23,526 bases of DNA, taken from NCBI GenBank assembly GCA_050012475.1, contig JBEKHC010000095.1:1-23526 (forward strand), read 5' to 3'. This stretch comes from Candidatus Velthaea sp. (lineage in GTDB: Bacteria; Vulcanimicrobiota; Vulcanimicrobiia; Vulcanimicrobiales; Vulcanimicrobiaceae). Positions within the stretch are counted from its first letter, which is position 1; each line of letters opens with the position of its first letter. Made by a program: the position numbers and the translations under genes. This document shows, piece after piece, positions 7,318-15,568 of this stretch. A model generated the notes under the pieces. It searched no databases, had not been told where the DNA came from, and saw nothing but the letters and a program-made list of their open reading frames with translations.

Positions 7318-7527
7318 TCAGCGACGCTGGGTCAGCACCACGCTGTGGCCGTCGTGTTTATCGAGAAAATCGAGGCCGTCCACGATCCAGGTGTCGAGTC
7401 CGCCGCTGACGTGCTTGGCGACTTCCTCGACGACATGACGCCGGTTCTTGAGCCACAGAAGTTCCGAGCGCGTCGTTACGGGAAAGACGGCTTCTTCACA
7501 TTCCTCGCAATGATATCCGAACTGCAC
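7318..7527 (-). CDS. Small hypothetical protein with CxxC and HxxH (putative Zn-binding), ~69 aa
   Basis: MQFGYHCEECEEAVF...LDFLDKHDGHSVVL with strong GC3 bias. GTG at 7527 preferred; TTG at 7581 is the alternative start. Confidence 0.7.
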   Translation of the reverse strand: MQFGYHCEECEEAVFPVTTRSELLWLKNRRHVVEEVAKHVSGGLDTWIVDGLDFLDKHDGHSVVLTQRR

Positions 7528-7716
7528 CGTCGCTCGATACCATTTCGAGCCGAAAAGGCCTGTTCCCCGAGTGTCTTCCAATCACTCGCGCTGACGACGT
7601 CCGACGGAACCAGCTTCGCCCTGGGAACCATCGTTTCAATGCACACGCGACGACTTGACTCACGGCGGTTTCGGCAAAGCCAAAACATGACGGCGGGCTG
7701 CGCATAGCGCAGCTCG

Positions 7717-10700
7717 CTAGAGCTTGACCCGGGCGCTCACGAAGATACCGAACGGATTCGAGGAGTTGAAATCCGGCTCGTACGGCGTCAAGACGTACGG
7801 CTGGATGGCGCTGCCGGGATTGTACGCATTGCCGACGGCGCCGGTGGCGCCGCCGCCCACCAATCCGTACGAGCACGCGCCGGCAACCGTGAAGCCGGTC
7901 TTTGAACCGCCGAAGCAGTTCTTATAGACGTTCGCGAGATTTGCGACGATCGATATGCGATCGCTCAGATCGTACGCGATCTGCAAGTGCAGAGCGAACT
8001 GCGCCGGCGCGACGAAGGCGCCGATGCTGTCGAATTTCCCGGTGAATGGATCGGGAATACCGCCGGTCGGCGCACCGCTGGGCGTGACGGTCGCGTTCGT
8101 CGTTCCCGCCGCGTAGCCGCCTAAGATCGAACAGGTCCCGTAGTCGTAGCCCGAACCACCGGCCGCGCCGTACGGATAGCGCGGATCTCCGTCTGCGGTC
8201 CCGACGGTTCCCGTGCACGAATCGGGGGCGACGCCGAGCGTTGAAGCCGGAGCTCCGTAACGCTGACCGCCGAAAAACTGCAGCGCAGGCGTGATCGCGA
8301 ACTTGCGGTGCTTGTACTGAACGAGCAACGTCGCCGTATACGGCGCGCCGTACGCCGCGACCGAGCTGCCGACGCCCGATGGGAACGTATCGAACGTCGG
8401 GTAGTTGCCGTTGGGATCGAGCAGCGCTTGCACCGGTGCATCCCAGTACGGGTTCGCGATGCTCGTCGCGGCGCAACTGTAATCGGCGGATCCAGCGGTC
8501 GTGTAGCACGGCGCGGCCTCCGAACCGGACACCGTCGAGCCGCCGGCGCACGGTGCCGCTGCCGGATTCTTCGCGCAAAACGACGTGTAGGCATTATAGT
8601 TCTTGATTTGCGCGTTGAGCGGATCGATGATCGACGACCCGTTCGAGAGCGGCCCGTACTTGATGTAGCTGTTCGTATAGGCCAACGACAGCTTGGCGGC
8701 GAGGCCGTCACGGGAAAAATTCCCCTTGTCGAGTTCGAGCTCGACACCCTGCGAGGTTTGATGGCCGACGTTGAGCCCGCCGGTAAAGCCGGTCGCCTCA
8801 TCGAGGTTGAAGAGCTGAATCTGGTTCTGCGTCGTGCGCAAGAACGGCGAGATCTTGATCGACGTATCGCCGCCGAATTGGTGCTCGAGCGAAAAGTCGA
8901 GATTGTCCGAGGTCGGTGGAACCACCGTATGATCGGGCGTGGTAAAGCCGTACTTCTGAAAGCCGTAGTTGTCGTAGAGCTCGGCCGGGGCGTTGGCTTG
9001 CAGGACGTCGTATTGCTGGTACGCGCTGTCGGGAGCCTGGGTAAAGCGTCCGTAGTTCGCCCGCACGACGGTCGCCGGATCGAGTGCGTACGTCAGCCCG
9101 ATGCGCGGCTGAAATTCTTCGTACGCCTCAATCACCGAACCCGACGGGTTGGTGAAGTTCGCCGGAGTCGAGCCGGCCGGGCACGCAGCACCGGGATCGC
9201 GCGCGATGATCGACGCGCCGCCCGCCGCAACGCAGTTGTCGAGATTATAGGCGTTGTACCAAAAGGTTCGCGCCGCTCCGGTATCCGTATTCGAGCCGTC
9301 GAACTCGAAGCGGTCGAGCCGGATGCCGGCATCGACCGTCACTTTGCCCGTCGGCTTCCACTGATCGGTGAGCGACGCCGAGAAGAATTTTGGTTTGACG
9401 GTATTGTAGGTTGCGTTCAAACCGTTTTCGACTACGAAATACTCGCACGGCGCACCCGAGCACGTCGCTCCGGGAGCGATTGCCGGAACGCTGCTGGGCT
9501 GATCCAACGTCGCGAACGCGGCCGGACCGCCGCTCGCACACGTCACCGGCACGCCGGCGGACGTGTAGCACAAACCACTGAGCGGATTCGCCGAACTCAC
9601 GAGCGCCGCGAACGGCGTCCCGTTGTTGCCCAGCTGGGTGTTATTGTTGCGCAGGGTCGTGGCGATCGTATCGGCCACTTGCAGGTTGAGCAAATTGGCC
9701 GGGCCGAGCTGATCGGTCAGCGCCGCGCTCAAGCCCCGGGTGTGCGACTCGAGCTCGTAATCGACCGACGGAATGCCGAAGAGCGAATTTTCGGAGTTCG
9801 GGCCTTTGTTGAGCCAATCCGAGTAATACGTGTATCCGTAGATCCGAAACAGCGCGGTGCTGCCGAGCGCATGCGTATATTGAAGCTTGAAAATCCCCTG
9901 ATTATTGACGAAGCTGTCGCGCAGATTGGCCGGGATCGGTCCGCCGGCTTCCCCCGCGATGCCGGATTGCGGGAATCCATAGTTCACGATATTTTGCTGA
10001 AAATTCGCCGGCAGCGGGACGCCCGTCGGACCGTTATACTGCAAGCCGGTGGCGAACGTTGTTGGGATTTGCAGCGCGTCGAGCAACGCATAGCCGCCCT
10101 GATCGTTGGGCGAGCTGTAATACGTCGTCCCGATGAAGTTGTTGACGTACAACAGTTGCACGTCGTCCTTCGTTCCGTTGCGGTGCGGAAGCCCGAAATG
10201 CAGGTTGACGACGCTGTCGCGATCGGCAATGCTCGATTGGCTCCACAGACTCGTGCCGCCCAGGACGAACGAGCCGCCACCCGGCCCGCCGCCGGCATAG
10301 CCGGCTTCGGTCGCCCCCGTATCACCGTTATAGACGCCGTCGTTGTAACACGACGGCGCAACGGCCGGCGAAAGACTGTCGGTGCACAGCGCGATCGGGA
10401 AACCGTAGAGTCCGCTGACACCCTGGCCGTTGAACTGGTCGACGTACCGGATGTCCTGGTTGTAGCCGCCCACGCCGACGTAGTACGAGAAGTTCCGATC
10501 GTTGGTCGCACCGCTCGTCTCGAGCGAAAACTTATGATAGTAGGCCGGGCCGCCGAGATCGCCGGTCAGCGTCGTCGAGCCCGGACTCGCCCCGGTTTTG
10601 ACGACCTGATTGATGAAGCCCGAAAGACCCTGCGCTTCGGCGTCGGCGGGCGCGGCGCCGGTATACACCTGGAGTTCTTGCTCCCCCAGCGACGACACCG

Positions 10701-11370
10701 GCCCGGACGGATAATTGTCGAACGAGCGGTTGACGGGGACGCCGTCGACTTCGTACCCGATCTGATCGTAGTCGCCGCCGCGAATGCTCAGTGCCGGCGC
10801 GGCGCCGATATAGCCGGCCTGACCGGACTGCACGAAAACTCCCGGCACCGATGCGAGCGCTGACCAGGCGCTGTTCAGATTCCCGCCGCCGCCGAATCCG
10901 GCGGCCTTGTCCTGTTGCGTCGCGTTCACGGAGTACACGTCCGCCGTCGTGCCCGGCTTGACGAGTTCGGTCGACGAACGCGACGTCACTTTGCCGATCG
11001 TCTGCAGCGCCTTGTTCGCCGTGAGGTTGAGCGTCCGCGTCGCGTCCGCGATGACGGTTTCACCGTTCAAGGCGATCGGCTGATACCCGGTCAGCGTCAC
11101 GGAAACGGCGTACGTGTCGGGTGCCAGCGACAGGAACAGGAAGTGCCCGCTGCGGTCCGTCGCGACCGTCGCAGTTTGGGCCGGACTCGTCGCGGTGACG
11201 CTGGCCCCGGCGAGCGGCTGACGCGTTGCGGCATCGGATATGACGCCGCTGAGCGTGCCGGTCGTACCGGCCGACGCGATCGTTCGCCACGACAGCGCGC
11301 AGAGGGCGAGCGCTGTGACTACGACGATCCAAGCGGGCCGCCGCCGGTGTGTCATGAGAACGAAGCCCAT
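7717..11370 (-). CDS. TonB-dependent outer-membrane transporter, copy 1 (signal peptide, carboxypeptidase-regulatory-like N-domain, plug, beta-barrel)
   Basis: Signal peptide ending ASA/GTTG, N-domain G.F.F..L.PDTY.V, plug SIRGG.......VDGVPVN and G.INQV, barrel motifs AGIRLD, PRIGLTY, RANYGRF. Start at 11370 (GGAG 9 nt upstream); 11385 and 11355 are alternatives. Confidence 0.9.
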   Translation of the reverse strand: MGFVLMTHRRRPAWIVVVTALALCALSWRTIASAGTTGTLSGVISDAATRQPLAGASVTATSPAQTATVATDRSGHFLFLSLAPDTYAVSVTLTGYQPIALNGETVIADATRTLNLTANKALQTIGKVTSRSSTELVKPGTTADVYSVNATQQDKAAGFGGGGNLNSAWSALASVPGVFVQSGQAGYIGAAPALSIRGGDYDQIGYEVDGVPVNRSFDNYPSGPVSSLGEQELQVYTGAAPADAEAQGLSGFINQVVKTGASPGSTTLTGDLGGPAYYHKFSLETSGATNDRNFSYYVGVGGYNQDIRYVDQFNGQGVSGLYGFPIALCTDSLSPAVAPSCYNDGVYNGDTGATEAGYAGGGPGGGSFVLGGTSLWSQSSIADRDSVVNLHFGLPHRNGTKDDVQLLYVNNFIGTTYYSSPNDQGGYALLDALQIPTTFATGLQYNGPTGVPLPANFQQNIVNYGFPQSGIAGEAGGPIPANLRDSFVNNQGIFKLQYTHALGSTALFRIYGYTYYSDWLNKGPNSENSLFGIPSVDYELESHTRGLSAALTDQLGPANLLNLQVADTIATTLRNNNTQLGNNGTPFAALVSSANPLSGLCYTSAGVPVTCASGGPAAFATLDQPSSVPAIAPGATCSGAPCEYFVVENGLNATYNTVKPKFFSASLTDQWKPTGKVTVDAGIRLDRFEFDGSNTDTGAARTFWYNAYNLDNCVAAGGASIIARDPGAACPAGSTPANFTNPSGSVIEAYEEFQPRIGLTYALDPATVVRANYGRFTQAPDSAYQQYDVLQANAPAELYDNYGFQKYGFTTPDHTVVPPTSDNLDFSLEHQFGGDTSIKISPFLRTTQNQIQLFNLDEATGFTGGLNVGHQTSQGVELELDKGNFSRDGLAAKLSLAYTNSYIKYGPLSNGSSIIDPLNAQIKNYNAYTSFCAKNPAAAPCAGGSTVSGSEAAPCYTTAGSADYSCAATSIANPYWDAPVQALLDPNGNYPTFDTFPSGVGSSVAAYGAPYTATLLVQYKHRKFAITPALQFFGGQRYGAPASTLGVAPDSCTGTVGTADGDPRYPYGAAGGSGYDYGTCSILGGYAAGTTNATVTPSGAPTGGIPDPFTGKFDSIGAFVAPAQFALHLQIAYDLSDRISIVANLANVYKNCFGGSKTGFTVAGACSYGLVGGGATGAVGNAYNPGSAIQPYVLTPYEPDFNSSNPFGIFVSARVKL

Positions 11371-11621
11371 GTGCGTATGCTCCATCGATACCGGTTGGAG
11401 GAAATCAGCTGGGAGATGTGCCGATCAGCTTCACGCCAGACGGGCCGCGATGGTGAAGCATGACGACAACATCGGCCGGCTCACTTCGCCCAGAGAATAT
11501 GCGAGCACAGCACGTTGTCCTTTGGACCGGAGACGAACGGTCCACAGCCCTCGGCGTTCGGGACGGACGAGGCGTCGATAGCCGCGACGACAACACCAGC
11601 TTGCTCGTTGGCCCGCTAACC

Positions 11622-11660
11622 GAAAGAACGGCCCCCGCTATTCGCGAGAGCCGCTTTCTC
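11622..11660 (-). terminator. Intrinsic terminator after TBDT copy 2
   Basis: Minus strand reads CGGCTCTCGC-GAATA-GCGGGGGCCG followed by TTCTTTC, ~25 nt after the stop. Confidence 0.75.
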
Positions 11661-11679
11661 GATGTTCGAGCGAAGCGCT

Positions 11680-14600
11680 TCAGAGCTTGACGCGCGCGCT
11701 CACGTAGACGCTGAACGGGAGCTTGAACAGACCCGTACTGCCGGACGACGAGGAGCCCACGAATGGCTCGTACGGCGTGTTGACGTAGGGCTGAATCGCA
11801 CTCCCGGGATTATACAAGTTGCCGACATCACCGGAGAACCCGTCAGCCACGACACCGTAATAACACGACCCCGGTACCGTAAAGCCGGTCTTCGAACCAC
11901 CGAAGCACGTGTTATAGATATTCGCCAGATTGACCACGAGCGAGACCCGCGGCGTGATGTCGTACGAGATCTGCGTATGCAGTGTCAGCTGCGTCGGCTG
12001 CGCGAATGCACCGATGGTATCGAACTTTCCGGTGTACGGATCGGGGATGCCGGCCGGCAGCTGTCCGCACGAACTGTAGTTGAACGATGAGCCCCCAGGC
12101 GCACCATAGGGGTAGCGCGGGTCGCCGGCAACGCCACCGAGTCCCGCCGTACACGTATCGGGCGCGATACCGTACGTCGTTGCCGGTGCGCCATATCGTT
12201 GGCCCGCGAACAATTGAACGGCCGGTGTTATCGCCAGTTTATGTCGCTTGTACTGGAGCAAGAACGTCGCTGTGTACGGAGCACCGTATCCATTGACCGA
12301 GCTGCCGATCGCGCCGGGGAAGGTATCGAAGGTGGGATAGCTTCCATTCGGGTCGAGCAAGCCTTGAACCGGGGCGTTCCAATACGGGTTCGCGATACTC
12401 GCCGCTCCACAGGCAAAGTCGGCAGCTCCGCCCGTCGTGTAGCACGGCGCGCCCGCAGCTCCGGAGGAGGTCACTGCACCGGCGCAGGGTGCTGCTGTCG
12501 GATTCTTCGCACAAAACGACGTATATGCGTTGTAGGACTTGATTCCCGCATTGAGCGGATCGATAACCGACGACCCGTTGGGTAACGCCGTGTACCGAAT
12601 GTAGCTGTTGTTGTAGGCCAGTGAAAGCTTGGCGGCCAAACCGTCGCGCGCGAAATTCCCCTTGTCGACCTCAAACTCAAGACCCTGCGAGGTTTGATTT
12701 CCGACATTGAGACCCGACACGAACGAGGTTTGCTGATTGAGGAAAAACAACTGAATCTGGTTTTGCGTCTTGCGCAAGAACGGCGAGAGCTTTATCGATG
12801 TGTCGCGACCGAACTGATGCTCGAGCGAGAAGTCGAGATTGTCCGATGTTTGCGGCACAACGGTGTGATCGGGCTGGATAAAGCCATACTTCTGAAAGCC
12901 GTACACGTTGTAGAGGACAGCCGGAGCATTGGCTTGGAGCGTGTCGTACTGCTCGTAAGCAGTATCCGGCGCCTGCGCGAAGCGCCCGTAGCTCGCTCGC
13001 ACGACCGTTACGGGGTCAAGCGAATACGTAAATCCGATGCGCGGCTGATACTCGTTAAACGCGATGTTCGGCGCACCCGAGGGATTCGTTATATTCGCTG
13101 GGGACGAGCCGGCCGGGCAAGCCGCGCCCGGCGCACGCGCGATAAGTGCGCCGCCCGACGTGGCGATGCAATTATCTAAGTTAAAGGCATTGTAGAAAAA
13201 TTCGCGCGCGGCTCCCTGTGTCGTGTCGGCCAGTTGAAAACCGATCCGGTCCAACCGGATACCCGCGTCAACGGTAAGTTTGCTCGTCGGCTTGTATTGG
13301 TCGGTCAGCGACAGCGACGTGAACTGCGGCTTGACCGTGTTGTAGGTGGCCGCTTGGCCGTTGCCGACCACGAGGTACTGACAGGCGCCCGTTCCGCAGG
13401 TCCCGGTCGCAGCCGGAATCGCCCCCGCGGCGGCCTGGGCAATCGTGACGATCGCAGGATTGGCGAAGCCGGTTCCGGCCGGGGTTTCCACGGCGCACGT
13501 CGTCGGCGCACCGCCGGGCAAGTAGCAGACACCGCTCAAGGGATTCGCCGAGCTTACCAAGGCCGCGAAGGCGGCACGGTAACCGTCGCTCCCGAAATTC
13601 AACATCTGGGTATTGTTGTCACGTAGTGTATTCGCGGTGGTGTACGAGCCTTGGAAACTGAGCAGATTGTTGGAGCCGAGCTGGTCCGTGAATGTCCCGC
13701 TGAGGCCGCGCGTGTGCGACGACAATTCATAGTCTGGGCTAGCCGGTCCGAAGAAGTTCGCGAACGTACTTTGCGGGCCGTACTGCGTCCAATTCGAGTA
13801 GTACGTGTAACCGTAGAGCTTTAGCAACGCGTTCGCACCGAGCGCATGCGTGTACTGCAGTTTGAATATGCCTTGATTATTGGCTTGTGAGTCGCGCAGA
13901 TCGACTGGAATCGTAGAGCCGCCCGTCTGGGGACCTGACTGCGGATAATTGTAGACCGACGTCAGTGCTTGATAGTTGCCCGGCAGCGCGACACCCGTTG
14001 GGCCGTTGTATTGATACCCGTTCAGGTACGACGGAACTCCGCCGAGAATCGTGGCCGCGTGGGCGGCGCCGCCGAAGTCGTTCGTGGAGTCATAGAACTG
14101 CGTGCCCAGGCTGTTGACGGACGCGAGCAGTTGAATGTCGTCCTTGGTGCCATTTTTGTGCGGCAGACCAAAGTGCAGGTTGACGACGTTATCGCGGTCG
14201 GCGACACTTGACTGCCAAAACAGGTTCTCGCCGCCCAGGACGAACGAACCGGCTCCCGCCCCAAAAATTGGGTCGGCTCCGGTGTTGCCATTGTACAGGC
14301 CCGCTGTATAGCATGACGGAGCAACTGCTGCACTTAACGTGGGAGAACACGGCGCAAGCGGGATGCCGTAGAGCTGACTCACGCTCGCGCCGTTGTATTG
14401 ATCGAGATAGCGAAAGTCTTGGTTGTAGCCGCCGAGCCCGATGTAGTATGAGAAGTTCCGGTCGGCTGTGGCGCCCCCGGTCTCGATCGAAAACTTGTGA
14501 TAATACGCGGGACCGCCGATATCGCCGGTGATGGTCGAGGAGCTGGGGTACGTCCCGGTCTTGATGACTTGATTGATGAAACCGGAGATGCCCTCGGCCT

Positions 14601-15318
14601 CAGCATTGGCCGGAGCCGCACCCGTATACACCTGCAGTTCCTGCTGCCCGAGCGACGACACCGTACCGGACGGATATTGGTCGAACGCGCGATTGACGGG
14701 TACGCCGTCGAGTTCGTAGCCGATTTGATCGTAATCGCCGCCTCGAATGCTCAGCGTCGGCGATGCGCCGATGTAGCCGCTCTGGCCCGGATTGACGAAT
14801 ACGCCAGGAACGCCCGCCAGTGCCGACCAAGCGCTATTGAGGTTGCCGCCGCCACCGAGGCCGGCAGATTTGTCCTGCTGCACGGCGTTGATCGAATAGA
14901 CATCGGCCGTCGTACCGGGCTTGACCAGGTCGGTCGCTGCACGCGACGTTACTTTGCCGATCGTTTGCAGCGTCTTATTCGACGTGACGTTGAGTACGCG
15001 AGTCGAGTCGGCAATAACGGTGACACCGTTCGCCACGGACTGGTCGTACCCGGCGAACACGACGGCCACCGTGTACGTGTCGGGAGCGAGCGCCAGAAAA
15101 GCAAAATGGCCGGCGCCGTCCGTGGTGACCGATGCGCTTTGCGACGGGCTCGTCGCGGTAACTTTTGCGCCCGCAAGGGACTGATGAGTCGCTGCGTCCG
15201 TTACCGTCCCGCTGAGCGTTCCCGTGGTGCCCGCCAGAACCCAAGTTCCCTGGCAGACGAGCGACAGGACGAGCGCGATGGCCGCAACGACTCGAAATGG
15301 CCGAAGCCAATGAGCCAT
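11680..15318 (-). CDS. TonB-dependent outer-membrane transporter, copy 2 (closest to copy 1)
   Basis: Same architecture and motifs as copy 1. AAGGAG RBS 5 nt before ATG 15318 (MAHWLRPF...VLA/GTTG). Confidence 0.92.
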   Translation of the reverse strand: MAHWLRPFRVVAAIALVLSLVCQGTWVLAGTTGTLSGTVTDAATHQSLAGAKVTATSPSQSASVTTDGAGHFAFLALAPDTYTVAVVFAGYDQSVANGVTVIADSTRVLNVTSNKTLQTIGKVTSRAATDLVKPGTTADVYSINAVQQDKSAGLGGGGNLNSAWSALAGVPGVFVNPGQSGYIGASPTLSIRGGDYDQIGYELDGVPVNRAFDQYPSGTVSSLGQQELQVYTGAAPANAEAEGISGFINQVIKTGTYPSSSTITGDIGGPAYYHKFSIETGGATADRNFSYYIGLGGYNQDFRYLDQYNGASVSQLYGIPLAPCSPTLSAAVAPSCYTAGLYNGNTGADPIFGAGAGSFVLGGENLFWQSSVADRDNVVNLHFGLPHKNGTKDDIQLLASVNSLGTQFYDSTNDFGGAAHAATILGGVPSYLNGYQYNGPTGVALPGNYQALTSVYNYPQSGPQTGGSTIPVDLRDSQANNQGIFKLQYTHALGANALLKLYGYTYYSNWTQYGPQSTFANFFGPASPDYELSSHTRGLSGTFTDQLGSNNLLSFQGSYTTANTLRDNNTQMLNFGSDGYRAAFAALVSSANPLSGVCYLPGGAPTTCAVETPAGTGFANPAIVTIAQAAAGAIPAATGTCGTGACQYLVVGNGQAATYNTVKPQFTSLSLTDQYKPTSKLTVDAGIRLDRIGFQLADTTQGAAREFFYNAFNLDNCIATSGGALIARAPGAACPAGSSPANITNPSGAPNIAFNEYQPRIGFTYSLDPVTVVRASYGRFAQAPDTAYEQYDTLQANAPAVLYNVYGFQKYGFIQPDHTVVPQTSDNLDFSLEHQFGRDTSIKLSPFLRKTQNQIQLFFLNQQTSFVSGLNVGNQTSQGLEFEVDKGNFARDGLAAKLSLAYNNSYIRYTALPNGSSVIDPLNAGIKSYNAYTSFCAKNPTAAPCAGAVTSSGAAGAPCYTTGGAADFACGAASIANPYWNAPVQGLLDPNGSYPTFDTFPGAIGSSVNGYGAPYTATFLLQYKRHKLAITPAVQLFAGQRYGAPATTYGIAPDTCTAGLGGVAGDPRYPYGAPGGSSFNYSSCGQLPAGIPDPYTGKFDTIGAFAQPTQLTLHTQISYDITPRVSLVVNLANIYNTCFGGSKTGFTVPGSCYYGVVADGFSGDVGNLYNPGSAIQPYVNTPYEPFVGSSSSGSTGLFKLPFSVYVSARVKL

Positions 15319-15515
15319 AGAGTCTCCTTCTCTAGAACCGGTGGGAAAAGCCCTCGCCCGCTTTACTCCTAAGCGGCCGAACAAAAGCGCGTTCGAGCTC
15401 TCCAACTGTCAGAAAACCCGGTGTCGATTTCGTCCACGAGCGGCTTAGCGAGAGTTAATATGAGGCACTCTGCGGGCAATCCTTTGGCCAAGCTGGGAAC
15501 CCGTGCGCGGACAGC

Positions 15516-15546
15516 AAAAAGCCGCCCGTCCGACGGGCGGCTTCTT
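15516..15546 (-). terminator. Intrinsic terminator after TBDT copy 3 (possibly bidirectional)
   Basis: GCCGCCCGT/ACGGGCGGC stem with TTTTT on the minus strand and TTCTT on the plus strand. Confidence 0.85.
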
Positions 15547-15568
15547 GCCGTTGGATGCCAGCTCCGAA

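Noticed and set aside
8308..10863. 851-aa plus-strand ORF, and similar long ORFs at 36-1085, 2458-3744, 14497-15372, 17711-18922 and 21553-22377
   Set aside because: Antisense shadows of GC3-biased real genes. They are Arg-rich with no recognisable motifs.
11371..11679. Cobalamin or TPP riboswitch, or Fur box, in TBDT leaders (also checked 15319-15568, 19292-19587 and 23296-23526)
   Set aside because: No recognisable core motifs seen by eye. An Rfam scan would be needed to exclude divergent ones.
15378..15395. LexA box upstream of TBDT copy 2 (CGAAC...GTTCG)
   Set aside because: The spacer is 8 nt rather than the required 4.
15476..15490. Sigma54 -24/-12 promoter TGGCCAAAGGATTGC
   Set aside because: The GG-N10-GC spacing fits, but the equivalent sites before copies 1 and 3 lack it. 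The shared AAAGGA/CATATT motif explains the site better. Not fully excluded.
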